Of a stretch of DNA of 64,000 nucleotides, positions 1 to 11,984 are shown piece after piece. A model generated the notes under the pieces. The model had not been told where the DNA came from. It was given only the letters and a program-made list of their open reading frames with translations, and made no database searches. The DNA is from Massalongia carnosa (taxonomy: Eukaryota). How positions within the stretch are numbered: the first letter of the stretch is position 1; each line of letters begins with the position of its first letter. The stretch is from NCBI GenBank assembly GCA_965645245.1, contig OZ287084.1:682001-746000 (forward strand), given 5' to 3'. Made by a program: the position numbers and the translations under genes.

Positions 1-1111
1 ATAGTCTCTCTTTATCCACTCAATGCCGCTCTCGACCTCCCCGTGCCCCTTTTTCGCGACACTAGGAAGACTCGCGTTTCTCATGGTATTTTGATTGAAA
101 CCTTCTCCAGCCTTCCTCTACGTTATGCATATGCTATATCTATAATTGAGTTCCTTCCCAGCCTTCTTCCACGTTTTACAAACATTATATTTATAGTTAA
201 CCCTATTTCGTCTGCCTCAATTCCTTTCGTTCCGATACCATCGATGACTTTTTCGCTCCCATCCAAACAATCTCTTCTAACCTCTTCCTCTCCTAGTCTC
301 TCATCACCATTTTCACTTGCACTTTCCCCCTCTTGTCTCCAGTGGTATACAATCCTCGCTTGCCAGTCATTCTTAGGAATATATTATGATTCGCCCTCTA
401 TCGAAACCCATTGTGAACCGTTACACCATACTTTTTTTCGCTTGTGGATTTTTCCTTCATCTCCAGGCGCTTTTCATCCCTGCTACAAAACTATCTCCAC
501 TGCATACCTCCTATCCTCAGCCTCCCGTCCCACCATCAAATATTCATTACTACAAATTAGAGCGCTTATTCTTGGTCTAACACGTAGAACTCTATCACTT
601 TCAAATCGGGAAATACCAAGGTACCACCTTCCTGGGCTATTCGTTAGCTACAGGCACATCAACGATAAGTTCCCTAGGACGTTTGACCACTTCGAAGTCA
701 CATTTAATCAGTTAAGTGCTATTACATTCAGGTTGATGCGGGAGATTTGCCTAAGAACTTCGTGGTTGGACCTCGGTATATTGTATTGGAGCTTTCTATT
801 TTGTGACGTATTCCGGTATTTTTTCCGAGATGAGAAAGGAATGAATGAACATTCTTTGTTCGTTTGTGATGTTCGACCTGGCCAGTTTCTTTGTTGTTTG
901 AGATGTATTGCACCGTTTCTTCGAGACTGTACCTTGTAACTTTCGAAGCCTAAAAAACCGGAAGATGTAAATATTAGCATCACTAATTATCTCCACAAAC
1001 CAAACCATTCATAAACAACCCATTTCAATTGTCCTATCTCTCCCCCAACTAAACCTCTCCAAAAATCCACACGAAAAACCCCTTTATTTCCCCAAGAATC
1101 CTTAACCAACC

Positions 1112-1564
1112 ATGTGCACCGGTACCTATAGCCACCACGCCTGCAACTGCTTCATCGGCTACTCGATCGATCACTGCCGCCTCTTCCGCAACAACGAGCC
1201 CTGCACCACCCGTGACGACAACTTGATCGTGGGCGAGTGGTGCCAGATGTGTCAGATCGGCGACGGCGACTTTGGTGAGTTTTTCGAGGGGTTCGAGGGG
1301 TTTATCACGGAGGCGGACCTCGTGTATGGGGACGAGAAGAATAGGGGAAAGGATCGTAGGGAAGAAGAAGAAGGAGGAGGGGTTGAGAGAGCAGAGCATG
1401 TCTACAGTGAGCGCGGTGAGAGGTTTACGAGATGGATGGAGGGCGAAGGGGACGAGGAAGGGGAACGTTCCATTAGCGAAGAGACCTTCACGAGGTGGGC
1501 TGAGGAGGAGGTGGCACAGGGGGCAAATTTTGCCAGGGTGGAGGACGAGGACGAGAACAGTTAG
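1112..1564 (+). CDS. Hypothetical 150-aa protein: Cys/His-rich N-terminus, acidic C-terminus
   Basis: Single-exon ORF with good start context (CAACC-ATG). N-terminus MCTGTYSHHACNC...HC...C...CQMC, then an E/D-rich tail. Coding-like codon usage. Confidence 0.6.
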   Translation: MCTGTYSHHACNCFIGYSIDHCRLFRNNEPCTTRDDNLIVGEWCQMCQIGDGDFGEFFEGFEGFITEADLVYGDEKNRGKDRREEEEGGGVERAEHVYSERGERFTRWMEGEGDEEGERSISEETFTRWAEEEVAQGANFARVEDEDENS

Positions 1565-2484
1565 CACATTCAGTCTGATTCTTTGACGTATGGGAAGCTG
1601 TCATTTTCCTTGTTGGAGGAGGAGAGAGAGGGAGAGGTGCATTATTAGATGGCAAGTCCGGTCTGCCGGAGGAGCAGTCGACCCCGGATTTCTTTTCTTT
1701 TCCATCCCATTCTACCTTGTCGTCTTGTTCCCGAGTCTCCGGGTAGATGAGAGGGGGCTTTGTGGGGGGGGTGGGGGGTTTTTTCTTAGCCATGTCTGGT
1801 ATATATGAAGTGTATCCGATCTTCGAGATTTTCGTTCTTCCCCCCCGGGGGGTGCAGACGGAACTAGAGGAGCCCCATCCCTTCTTAAATCTCGTCAAAT
1901 CCCAAGTTTTTCTCCTTTTCTGTTTCCTGGGAGGAGGGGAGGGGAACGCTTCGCGAGTTCCCCTCCCCTCCTCCCCCCACCTTCTTCAATTTAGGGAACA
2001 TATTCGAGGAAGCTAAGCTCGTCGATATGATCATATATGTATCTATATTCTTGGATGGTTTACATGAGGAGTACCTACGGATATATAAAACTAGGGGTAA
2101 GGTAATACCGATCGATCGGTCGATCGACCGACCTCCTTACAAACCCCCCCCCCCCCCCCGGGTGGCTTTTCTCTAGGAATTTTAATTTTATTAGTTTTGT
2201 TTCGGGGATCTCCGTGCGCTGAACCGAATTTTGGGGTTTGGACATTTCCTTGTCCTTGAAAATTGTAGGTTCTGGGAATTTGTGACTGGGAGCATTGCTG
2301 GGAGGAGGAAAGGGGAAAAGGGGTGAAAGGAAGGAGAGAGAGAGAGAGAGGAAAAGGAGGTGGATAGGAGGATTGTGGAAATGGATTGGATTGTGTTTTT
2401 CTTTCGCCTTCCCCCGGCTTATGCAATGCACTTTCATCGTAGATCTTTGATGTAGGAAAAAAGTAACGAGAAATAAGAGAGAAC

Positions 2485-3270
2485 CTACGCCTTGCCCACA
2501 GGAAAGCTGCGGTTGTTATCCCTTCCGTCCCATTTCTCCCATGGAGGTCCCGGCCTCCACCCCCCCGGCGCTGCTCCTCCCTTGGGCCCCCATGGCGGCA
2601 TTGACTTCCAGCCGCTCAAGGCCACTCCTCCCTTCGGGCCCCACGACGGCGGGCATCCACCCCTGCCCATTCCTTCTCCCAGATCTCCACTATCTGATCC
2701 CCTGTCCCGTGCGCCGCCTCTTCTCCCATCACTTCTTCGTACATGCCCTCCGCCTCTTCCCCTCTCACCTCCCCTCACCCACCCACGGTTCTGCTCCGCC
2801 GTCGTGGCCGACGCCCGAAACCGCTCTCGCTCCATGATGTCGTTCTCCCACGCCGCCTGTTCCTTCAGCCACGCGGGCTGGAAAGGTCCTGCGTGCAGCC
2901 GCCGGAAACCCATGACTGTGGCCACATCTCGCTGCGTGGCTGACCCCATTTCGCAGCGGTTGTAGGCGCGGTGAACGAAGCTGGGGGGATCCGCGTAGAA
3001 ACCTGAAGGGTGGGCGTTTTTCAGGGGACATTTTGAAGACTTGCACCTGCCGGTAGCCTTGGGCTCGTGTATCTCTTCAGCCTCGTGGGTCCTCGGTCCC
3101 TTGGAGATGTAAGAAGGATCGGGAATAACTGCGAGCTTTTGAAATCGTATCATGTCATTTTCTTCGGAAGGCTGTAGGACTGTGGCTATGTCGGAAAGCG
3201 GACTAGGGGGTATAACTTGGACGATGGGATAGTCAATGTCCATTGGATCCCAGTATTCCTCGGTTGTCAT
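2485..3270 (-). CDS. Hypothetical protein with a CxxxxCPxxxxH motif and an RGG/WG-rich C-terminus
   Basis: ORF 2485..3393 is open. The ATG at 3270 (MTTEEYWDPMDID) is the likely start. Contains CKSSKCPLKNAHPSGFY, RGGERGRGGG and WGPKGG twice. Confidence 0.55.
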   Translation of the reverse strand: MTTEEYWDPMDIDYPIVQVIPPSPLSDIATVLQPSEENDMIRFQKLAVIPDPSYISKGPRTHEAEEIHEPKATGRCKSSKCPLKNAHPSGFYADPPSFVHRAYNRCEMGSATQRDVATVMGFRRLHAGPFQPAWLKEQAAWENDIMERERFRASATTAEQNRGWVRGGERGRGGGHVRRSDGRRGGARDRGSDSGDLGEGMGRGGCPPSWGPKGGVALSGWKSMPPWGPKGGAAPGGWRPGPPWEKWDGRDNNRSFPVGKA

Positions 3271-4025
3271 TTGAGTGCTTTTTATGGTCAAGCTTGTCTG
3301 CAATTCCGAAAGGAGGCGTTCTATTATGGAAACGGTGGAAGTGGATACTGGTCCAGCGATGATCAAGTAGCCTGCCTGGCCGTCTGGTAACATTTTGAAA
3401 AATATGGATCTATAGGTTAAAAAAAACTAATTGGGGAGTCCGACTCTTTCAGTTGATATATATATGTTCCTTTGTGTCGCGTAAAGACTTTTGTCAGAAG
3501 TTGTAGGGTATTTGGCAGGCGAAGGGATATGAGTAAATTGATGCCGATGTAGGAAGCGGAAGACGTCATATATATAGGATAATATGGTGAAAGAAAAATA
3601 TTGCATTGTTGTTTTGATGATGCCAACTAAAGAAATGGTTTGGTTTGGTTGAGAGAGATCCAGCTGAACAGATAACAATAAAACGTTGTAAACGAACAAA
3701 GGTTCTTTGTCCTTTACTATAATAGCTAGAACAAAAGCTACTCGTGATATTCTCTTTCAAGTCATTGTGTTTCCTATTGTGCAAAAGCGTACTGTTAAAT
3801 GTTTCAACAATCTCCCTATCTCACGTTGCCTGCCAGCGAGCGATATAAAAACTCAGCCATCGTAACACTTTAACAATTATCATCACATCCGTCATCTCAC
3901 TCATCAACTCATTCGAATTTAATCTATCCGGTCAGCCAAATTGGGTCCGACACTGAGGAAGCCATCAATACATACGACGCAAATCTCAGTTGACTCCAGC
4001 CAGCTAAGTTGGTCAATATACCACT

Positions 4026-4676
4026 ATGGCGAATTCTTCATTCTTTCGGGTCCTCTTATTCTGGCTCTACCTAGGTCTAGATTTTGCAGTCTTTTGCATG
4101 ATCCGGTATTGCATAGACTTCTACTTCGGTCTATATTTGATAGTCATCCATACGATTTCCTGTTGCATCGACGATATCATGCTCCTTGGGGTAAGTCAAC
4201 AATCGACAAGGCTAAGATCGGGCGACGCATTGGATAATCCATTACGGATTGACAGAGAAAGGGAAACTGGAACAGGGTTAATAAAACTCCAGAACATCCG
4301 TGAAGAGTTGGTAACCTTCCATGGGAGCAAAGGTTATCAATGGGACGGCCTTGATATCGAAGGCCCCGACCTCGATTCCAGAGAGGCGATTCTCGGATAC
4401 CCTAGGGCACAGGGGAATACCAAATGCGGGAGTATCGACGGAAGCTTGAACAAATCCCACGTAAAAGCCCTGAGTCACCATATAACCCCATATAGATTCA
4501 CTTTCGTCCCGACAGAAAACAACAAACGCCGCAAAGTCGACTTAAGTGAGACGGTCTTCGAACTCTCGAGCGAAGAGGAATCCAGGCAGTTTGGGAGCAT
4601 CGACAGGATCCTCTCATACTTTACTTTCAACACCTCCGAACGTGGCTCTCATCGTCCCAAGTTTAACCCCAATTAG
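4026..4676 (+). CDS. Possible orphan protein (216 aa) with hydrophobic N-terminus
   Basis: ATG-started ORF with a TATAAAA about 180 bp upstream (~3844). No recognisable family. Confidence 0.3.
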   Translation: MANSSFFRVLLFWLYLGLDFAVFCMIRYCIDFYFGLYLIVIHTISCCIDDIMLLGVSQQSTRLRSGDALDNPLRIDRERETGTGLIKLQNIREELVTFHGSKGYQWDGLDIEGPDLDSREAILGYPRAQGNTKCGSIDGSLNKSHVKALSHHITPYRFTFVPTENNKRRKVDLSETVFELSSEEESRQFGSIDRILSYFTFNTSERGSHRPKFNPN

Positions 4677-5711
4677 AAAGCCTCAAAGATCCCCAAACAA
4701 CAAAAAATCGCCATTATGCTTAAGATTTGCACTTCCAGAACACTAACAAGTATTTTTTTCAAGGTAGGAAGTAGCTATCAAAAAAAAAAGTTAATGATGA
4801 TGATGATGAATTCTTACCTTCGATGTGATATCGGCCGAAGACCGGCTCATGCGGACTAACTCTACTTCTCTATGTTACATGAAAAACCTTTCAATTGGAG
4901 GGAAAAATCATATGCTTTGCTGAACCCCGGCGCTGCTGTATGAAAGTGACGAAATAATGAGATCAATGACAAAGATGAGAAAGCGCGCGTTATTGTCGAT
5001 ACAATCAGTAACTGAGCGGCTAGCGAAAATTGGATTAGTGTTGCGCACTGCATTAGCTAGGCGGTATATGCTTTCATTTTCTTTGATGATTTGATGAATA
5101 GGTGATAACTGTTTGTATTTGCAGTGCGGAGCATCGGTTTTTGGTCGCTGATTAGTCTATAATACATGATTACATGAAGATTTATAACGCCCTGAAACTC
5201 GGCGTTTGTAAAGAAAGATAGCGAGATGGATTTTTTCGATGAGTATTTGGCGCTTTCGGCTTTTGCGGTGTTTTGATTCTTCTTTTATTGAGTGAGACTG
5301 CGATTTGATTCATGCGTTGTACGAAAGGGCGGAGTTGAGGAAGATGCGTAAGCTCCTACTGTTTGATGCACTATCATGCCATTCTATATTGTCGTAGTGC
5401 CCGAGTTTTGATTATTCTGGCTTAACAATTTCCTGAAAATCAGCGCTCATAAGTCATGTGATATGATCCGTACGTCGGGATGATAATCACTCCGAGTGTT
5501 TGTAATACGAATAACAAGAGGTGCGTTATCCTGATAGACAAAAGCAGCTTTTGCTGCAGTTCTTAGGAAATCATTTTCAATTGCCTAACTACCCATAGTG
5601 CTACCTACCTAATACATTACGAATTGACTTGAAGCGAGAGATAACAAGCAACATAATAGGAACCGGACTTAAGCACCTGGAGATAAGCTAGCTTAGCTAG
5701 CTTAACTAGTC

Positions 5712-6901
5712 ATGTCAAAGAACATTAAGATCATCTTCGGGGCAGCCCCTTTCGGCGGATGGACAGCGGAGCAAAACCAAGAATATCTTGATATCCTGAC
5801 CCGGCATAATGTCGTCGACATCGACACGGCCTATATCTATGTATGCCCACGTTCCGCTCCTCCCCTCCTAGAACTCCGGTTTGGTTTATCTAAGCACATA
5901 CATTGTGCTAACGAACAATCACACAGCCGGGAAGTGAAAAAGCTCTCGGAGAGATAGATGCGCCATCCAAGTTCATCGTGCATACCAAGACCCCTGGATT
6001 CCAGCCGGGCAGTCTAGCCAAAGACTCCGTTCTCCAGGCCGCGGAGAAGAGTTTTGCGGAATTGAAGACCGACAGCGTAGGTCATGGGGAGATCCCTCTT
6101 GATCAACTGTTTTGGAGGGAAGACTTGAAATTGACAGTGCCATCAGGTCGATGTCTATTTCCTGCATTCCCCGGACCCGGAGACTCCTATCGAGGAAACC
6201 CTCGACGCGGTCCAAGATGTATATAAATCCGGGAAATTCAAGCGCGTAAGGCCGCCCCCAAACCTCTAATTCGAGAAAGGGAATGTCTAAACCCTATGGT
6301 CACTAACACTCCCCAACCCTAGTTCGGCCTCTCAAACTTCAAGCTCGCGGACGTGCGCAAAATCCACGCTTACGCCGCCTCGAAAAACTACGTCCTCCCA
6401 ACTGTCTTCCAAGGGAACTACAACCCCGTCTCCCGCCATTACGAAACTACACTTTTCCCTGGCTTGCGCGAGCTGGGCATTGCCTTTTACGCTTACTCCC
6501 CCCTTGCCGGCGGCTTCCTGACCAAATCGCCTGCAGTCATCACCGAGGGAAAAGGTCAGGGTCGATGGGATCCCACATCGGCGATCGGCGGGACATACGT
6601 CGAGCTTTATAATAAGCCGACTTTGGTGAAGGCGTTGACGGAGTGGGAGGCCGTTGCCAAGGAGGCGGGGGTGTCCAAGGCCGCGCTGGCCTATCGCTGG
6701 GTGGCGCATAACTCCATCTTGAGCGCCGAGCTTGGGGATGGGATTATTGTGGGCGCGACCGCGCCACAGCAGCTGGAGGAGACGTTGAAGGCGCTAGAGG
6801 AAGGGAAGTTGGGGAAAGATATTGTGGGGAGGATCGATCGAGTGTGGGAGTTGGTGAAGGATGAAGCTCCCCTAGATAACTATCATCGAAGCGCTTTCTA
6901 A
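5712..6901 (+). CDS. Aldo-keto reductase (AKR7/aflatoxin B1 aldehyde reductase-like)
   Basis: Exons 5712-5840, 5927-6076, 6147-6245, 6323-6901 with GT-AG introns. Motifs IDTAYIY, HTK, VDVYFLHSPD, FGLSNF, FQGNYN, AYSPLAGGFL. Confidence 0.92.
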
Positions 6902-7309
6902 GGTTACGGGGTATGATCCTTGACTCTTAGGGTTTCGAGAGGATGTCAGATGGGCCGTTTCTTCAGACTGCTCTGGAGGAACACATAATATGATTACGGT
7001 TCAGTAACCTTTTTGCTTGTTACATTGCGGCGCCAAACGATTTTCTCGCTTGGGATTTCGTTAGCTTTACAGGATACGTTGATGAGGATACAAACACAGT
7101 GATGTACGCACAGTCAGGAAAACCAGGTTGCAACGTAAAATATAATATTCCATTTATCTAAACCTTCGTTACTCGCTTGACCAAAGGATCAGCGCTTAAA
7201 CATGTCATCAACATAGCTCTACCCACATCCAGTTTGTAAGCTCTGGAACCCTTGACTGAAACCTTTCAAAGTGACCTGCTCCACACCCCAAACCACCTCT
7301 ATCCTACCT

Positions 7310-8452
7310 CTATGCCTCCTTCCGCAAACCCTTCAAGAACTTAAGTACATCGTTCCTGGCGAGAGCTGCCAACCACATGGGCCAGCACCTAACTGGCCAT
7401 GCGAGAAAACTCCTTAAGCTCGGTATGATCACTACCCGCCTAGTACTAGTAAGCACTTTTTGGACAATCGTCTCGGCTACCATCTCAACACGCTGTGTGG
7501 GCATCAAGAATTGGGCATCAAGAATTTGGCATCATTCTTCACACCAATCGTCATATTGGTCGTCGTCGATCCTGGAAGAACGCATACGGTTCTCACTTTG
7601 GGCGCCGCGTATAACGTTTTTAGCTCCGACGCTAACCCCTCGTGAAACGCGAGCGCAGCGGCTTTGGAGCAGCTGTAATCAACAAGTCCGGGTGTTGTAA
7701 CTGTGACAGCTAATGGGGCCACGGTGATTACTGTGCCATGGTTGGCGGAGATCATGGTCGGTAGAAATTCTTTGACCAGCCGGAAATGGGATAAAATGTT
7801 GAAATTGAAGGTACGATTTACGGAGGATTCGGTAGTGAAGAGGATAGGGAGGATGCTGGCTACGTTATCGTTTTTGAAGAGAAGAGTTGGGGCTCCGAGG
7901 GATGCACGGATGGTTGATGCGGTTTTTGAGACAGCGGCGGGAGAGGTTACATCGCAGTCGTAGAGTTGGATGTTGCGAGCTGGATGAGAAATGATGTTAA
8001 AGCGCTGATAAGCTGTGCGAGTACCATGAGAACAGGAAGACGACGTACGGGCTTCGAATGTCAAGGGTTGAATGTCCAAAACAGTTACCTTCACTCCCTC
8101 TTCTGCAAGACGAAGAGCAATGTGCTTGCAAATGCCATCGCTCCCTCCAATAACCACAGCAATCTCATTTTTTTCAGTTATAATGAGCATTTTCCTAACT
8201 TTTCAGAACTTTTGTAAGATTTCGTTAAGCCAGCGCGCAAGCCCGTAAAAGTAGAGAGAATTTAGAAGTCGTAGAGGTGCCTGATGGCCGGAAGCAAGGC
8301 TCCGACCTATATGTGTGAAGCTAGATAGTAGCAATAACAGTAATGTAATAGCTGGATTAAACGCTGTTCTTTGAATCAATTTAAGGACAACATCGGCGGG
8401 GAATCCTTGGCGATTGATAGAGTTAGTTGCTGCTAAAGACAACTGGGCACAT
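7310..8452 (-). pseudogene. Disabled short-chain dehydrogenase/reductase (17-beta-HSD11/RDH10-like family)
   Basis: SDR motifs EIAVVIGGSDGIC, YDCDVT and DYSCSKAA; intron ~7980-8048. Lesions: no in-frame ATG for the N-terminal part, in-frame TGA at 8203-8205, NNAG degraded to KNDN, and a 14-bp tandem duplication at 7499-7526 that shifts the frame. Confidence 0.8.
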
Positions 8453-8915
8453 GATCACCTTCGTGAGGCAGCTCAGCCTTCCACTTTGGTATCCTCACCA
8501 TTTTGACCTGACAAAAAACTTTGAGAGAAAAGAGTTTTTGAAACAAGGGGAGAAATGATGTTCGATCTTGAACGGAGGATCTTTAGGCCTTGATGGACGG
8601 AGATTGCCTAGCATTAGCTCGACATATCCTAATACGGGCGGTAGCTACTCTTGGTTGGGTTCGGGCGAAAGATGTATCGTAAAAGGAAGCTTGAACACCG
8701 CGAGAAGACATGTAGAAAGGTTGAGAACACTCTTTCATTCAGCATTTCTTTAAAAAGAAGTCAACTAAACAGAAGCCCTGCCGACAAATTGGCGAAAGCT
8801 TGAGGCAACCAAATGGAAAGGCCTGTAAAGACTGCAATCTGTATGTAGGTTGCTTTGTGAATTGAAGTCGTACATATAATTATCATTCGCCAGCCATCGT
8901 ACAACGTTGTCGCCA

Positions 8916-9900
8916 TTAGTACCTTCCCATCAACTGCTGTCTCAGCTCTATAATCTGACTCCTCTCAACTGGCGGTAGCTGGTCGATCTGCGTTTGTGTC
9001 ATGGCAAGGACCTGGTTTAGTAACTCTTGTTGACCAGGTTGTTGTTGAGGTGGCGGTGGTGCTGGGGCTGGCGGTGGCTGGTATGGCTGAGTATTTGTAG
9101 GTGGGGTGGGCACGTGTATTTGTGTTGGCATAGGCGGGTATGGCTGATATGTCTGTTGCGATGGAAGCTGGTATGCTGGAGGTGGGCGAGAAGGAGGAGC
9201 CAGTTGTGGTGGAGGGGGGGCGGCTGGTGGGGCTTGTTCAACGACTGATGCTAGGACCGTGGTATCAACAAGACCCATAAGAAGCAGAGCCTGAAATATA
9301 GCATATGATAATTGGGGGGCTTTCTTAAGCAGTTCAGTAGCCTTTGCTGGGTCATCCATCACTAAGCCTTTGATTTGTGATAGAATGTCGAGAAGTTGTA
9401 TTGGGGGAAGCGTTGAGAGCGTCTTGGATATAGCGCTAGCGCACGTAAGACCTGGCTGGAGATCAACCCCTGGTGGTAAAGGTGGTAGCACATTTGTTGT
9501 GGATGGTTGAGCGTAGGAATTAGAAGATTGAGGCGGCTCAGGTATCTGGGCGTTGTATCCTGCTGGTACCGCGTCCTCTTTCCCCCCAACATGAGAAAAG
9601 TCTACGCGCAGCTCACGGCCCATTATCTCATAGTTGTTTAGGTTTCTCACCGCTGACGCCGCCGCATCGATATCATTGAACTCCGCAAATCCATATCCTT
9701 TGGGACGACCCGTGTCTGAATCGATTAGGAGGCGAAAATTATTTACTTGGCCAACGGAACCTAGAACTCCGAGGATTTGTTCTTCTGATAGACCTATTTT
9801 TGGCTTAGCATAAATATTAGGACATCTTAATAGGACAACAAGACAAACCATATGGAATGTTGCCCACAAATATCGTCCTTTTGGAGCTGTCTGAAGCCAT
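8916..9900 (-). CDS. RNA15: Cleavage/polyadenylation factor CstF-64/Rna15 (RRM, hinge and C-terminal domain)
   Basis: Exons 9900-9849 and 9793-8916. MASDSSKRTIFVGNIPYGLSEEQI (RNP2), GRPKGYGFAEF (RNP1), hinge APQLSYAIFQALLLM, C-terminus QIDQLPPVERSQIIELR. Confidence 0.92.
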
Positions 9901-10174
9901 TAAGAAGTATATAGCTTTGATGTTGAAAATAGACCAAACTAAATGGCGATGAAATGATGCTTCAAGTTAATTCTGATTCGCTACTATCCACAACTAAGGA
10001 TAAAGTGCGCTAGTCTTCTTTAGCTCTTTTATGGAGAAATTCCCAAGTGCCTAAATAACTAAGTAACCTCCGACGTTTCAACCCGAATTTTTTACCTATC
10101 AGAAGCTTCGTCAACTGGCCTGAAACTAGAACTTTCTCAAACTTAGACACTGTTCACATCTAATTCAAATCAAC
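9901..10174. promoter_or_regulatory. Compact bidirectional promoter region, RNA15 / PHB2
   Basis: Only 274 bp separate two divergent ATGs (9900 minus, 10175 plus). Confidence 0.6.
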
Positions 10175-11340
10175 ATGTCTCAAGATCCGCGTGACGCCTG
10201 GCGGAGGCTTCAGAACGCGGCAATGCAACAGGGACGAAGAGGAATGGGGGGAAGCTCCAAAGGCATCTTTGGCGGCGCTGCGGGCTTATTCTTGCTAGGC
10301 GGCGGAGTGCTTGTGTTCAATAATGCGCTCTTCAACGGTATGGGAAAGGTCTTTCTATAATTTTGGCTTCCAAGTATTTCGCGTTTTGCTATCCCTCCAT
10401 CTTGCATCTGACCTTTTATTTATATGTGTGTATACACTGCTAATAGTTAGTAGTTGACGGAGGCCACAGGTAATTCTCTACTCAATGTTGATAGATTTTA
10501 AATCAAGATCTCTTACGGTAGACATCTCTCAGGGCAATAATGTATTCCCGACTCCAAGGTGTAAAATCCGAAATATATCAAGAAGGCACCCACATCAAGA
10601 TCCCCTGGTTCCAGCGCTCCATCGACTATGACGTCCGTGCTAAACCTCGCAACGTTGCCTCCCTGACGGGAACGAAAGACCTGCAAATGGTTAACATCAC
10701 CTGCCGCGTGCTCTCGCGCCCCCGTATCGAAGCCCTCCCCACCATCTACCGCACCCTGGGCACCGACTACGATGAACGCATCCTTCCATCCATCGTCAAC
10801 GAGGTTCTCAAGAGCGTTGTCGCCCAGTTCAACGCCAGCCAGCTGATCACGCAGCGAGAAAATGTTGCAAGGCTTGTACGGGAGAATTTGGCTCGTAGAG
10901 CGACAAAGTTTAATATTATGCTTGACGATGTCTCCCTTACTGTAAAATTTCCTCTTTCGTCGTAACTCTTGGAAAACCTCCTAGGCTAACCCCTACCCCC
11001 TTTTCAATAGCACCTTGCCTTCTCACCTGAATTCACTGCCGCAGTCGAAGCCAAGCAAGTCGCCCAACAAGAAGCGCAACGAGCCGCCTTCGTCGTCGAC
11101 AAAGCCCGCCAGGAGAAACAAGCAACAGTAGTGCGCGCACAGGGTGAGGCTCGCTCTGCCGAGCTTATCGGGGATGCCATCAAGAAGTCTCGCAGTTATG
11201 TCGACCTGCGACGTATCGAGAACGCCCGCAACATTGCGACTATCTTGCAGGAGGGTGGGGGGAAGAACAAGCTGTATTTGGATGCAAATGGGTTGGGGCT
11301 GAACGTGACTGAGGCGTATGAGGAAAAGAAACCTCATTAG
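10175..11340 (+). CDS. PHB2: Prohibitin-2 (SPFH family)
   Basis: Exons 10175-10337, 10454-10469, 10533-10941, 11011-11340. Motifs [47 protein letters not shown]. Confidence 0.95.
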
Positions 11341-11984
11341 CGAGGGATGCTTGGGGTGAGAAATAGGAAGGGCTAGTAGCGGATGGATATTAGCTACAGG
11401 GAGAATAGGTCTATAGTAAGAAGGTGTCGCAATAGAGGCCTGGAAAAATCTCCTTTCTTGCAGGAGCGTAAAAGCTTTTGCCTCCTTCGTTGTATTTTCA
11501 AATATATGGAGCCAAGCGCTTGCATTAAAGATTAATTTTGTAGAGCTTTAGCTTTCGTCAAAAATCCTATTGCAGCTTTTGACTCAACATTTCTTAGTTA
11601 CATACGATTTTTCCAGGCTTATGCAAAAGCCGTTTTCGCTCGAAGGCTCATCTATCTCCCTCATATTTTCACCTACCGTTCCCCATCATATACGTTATGA
11701 GACTCAGTGACCCAAAATAGCAATCGTAAAATGTATTCGTGAGTTCCATACTTATGGACCGCTCCGCAGCGCCTTAAATATATCCTTCCTCAATCTCTCA
11801 CGCATCAACAGAACCATCAGAAAATATATATCTTAGCGGGTAATCGTCACTACCAGAACCTTAACTAGACGCAAAGATAAGGAAACTTTAACTTTTGCAT
11901 CTGTTGTAAACATATCCGTCCCAAAGAAAGTTACATGAAACCTTTCCAGTGATCATTGCCTTGCATACCTGTTTAAGAAAGCGC

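Noticed and set aside
43..939. 298-aa GTG-started ORF on the plus strand
   Set aside because: No motif, non-ATG start and pyrimidine-rich low-complexity composition. Not supportable as a gene, though an orphan cannot be excluded.
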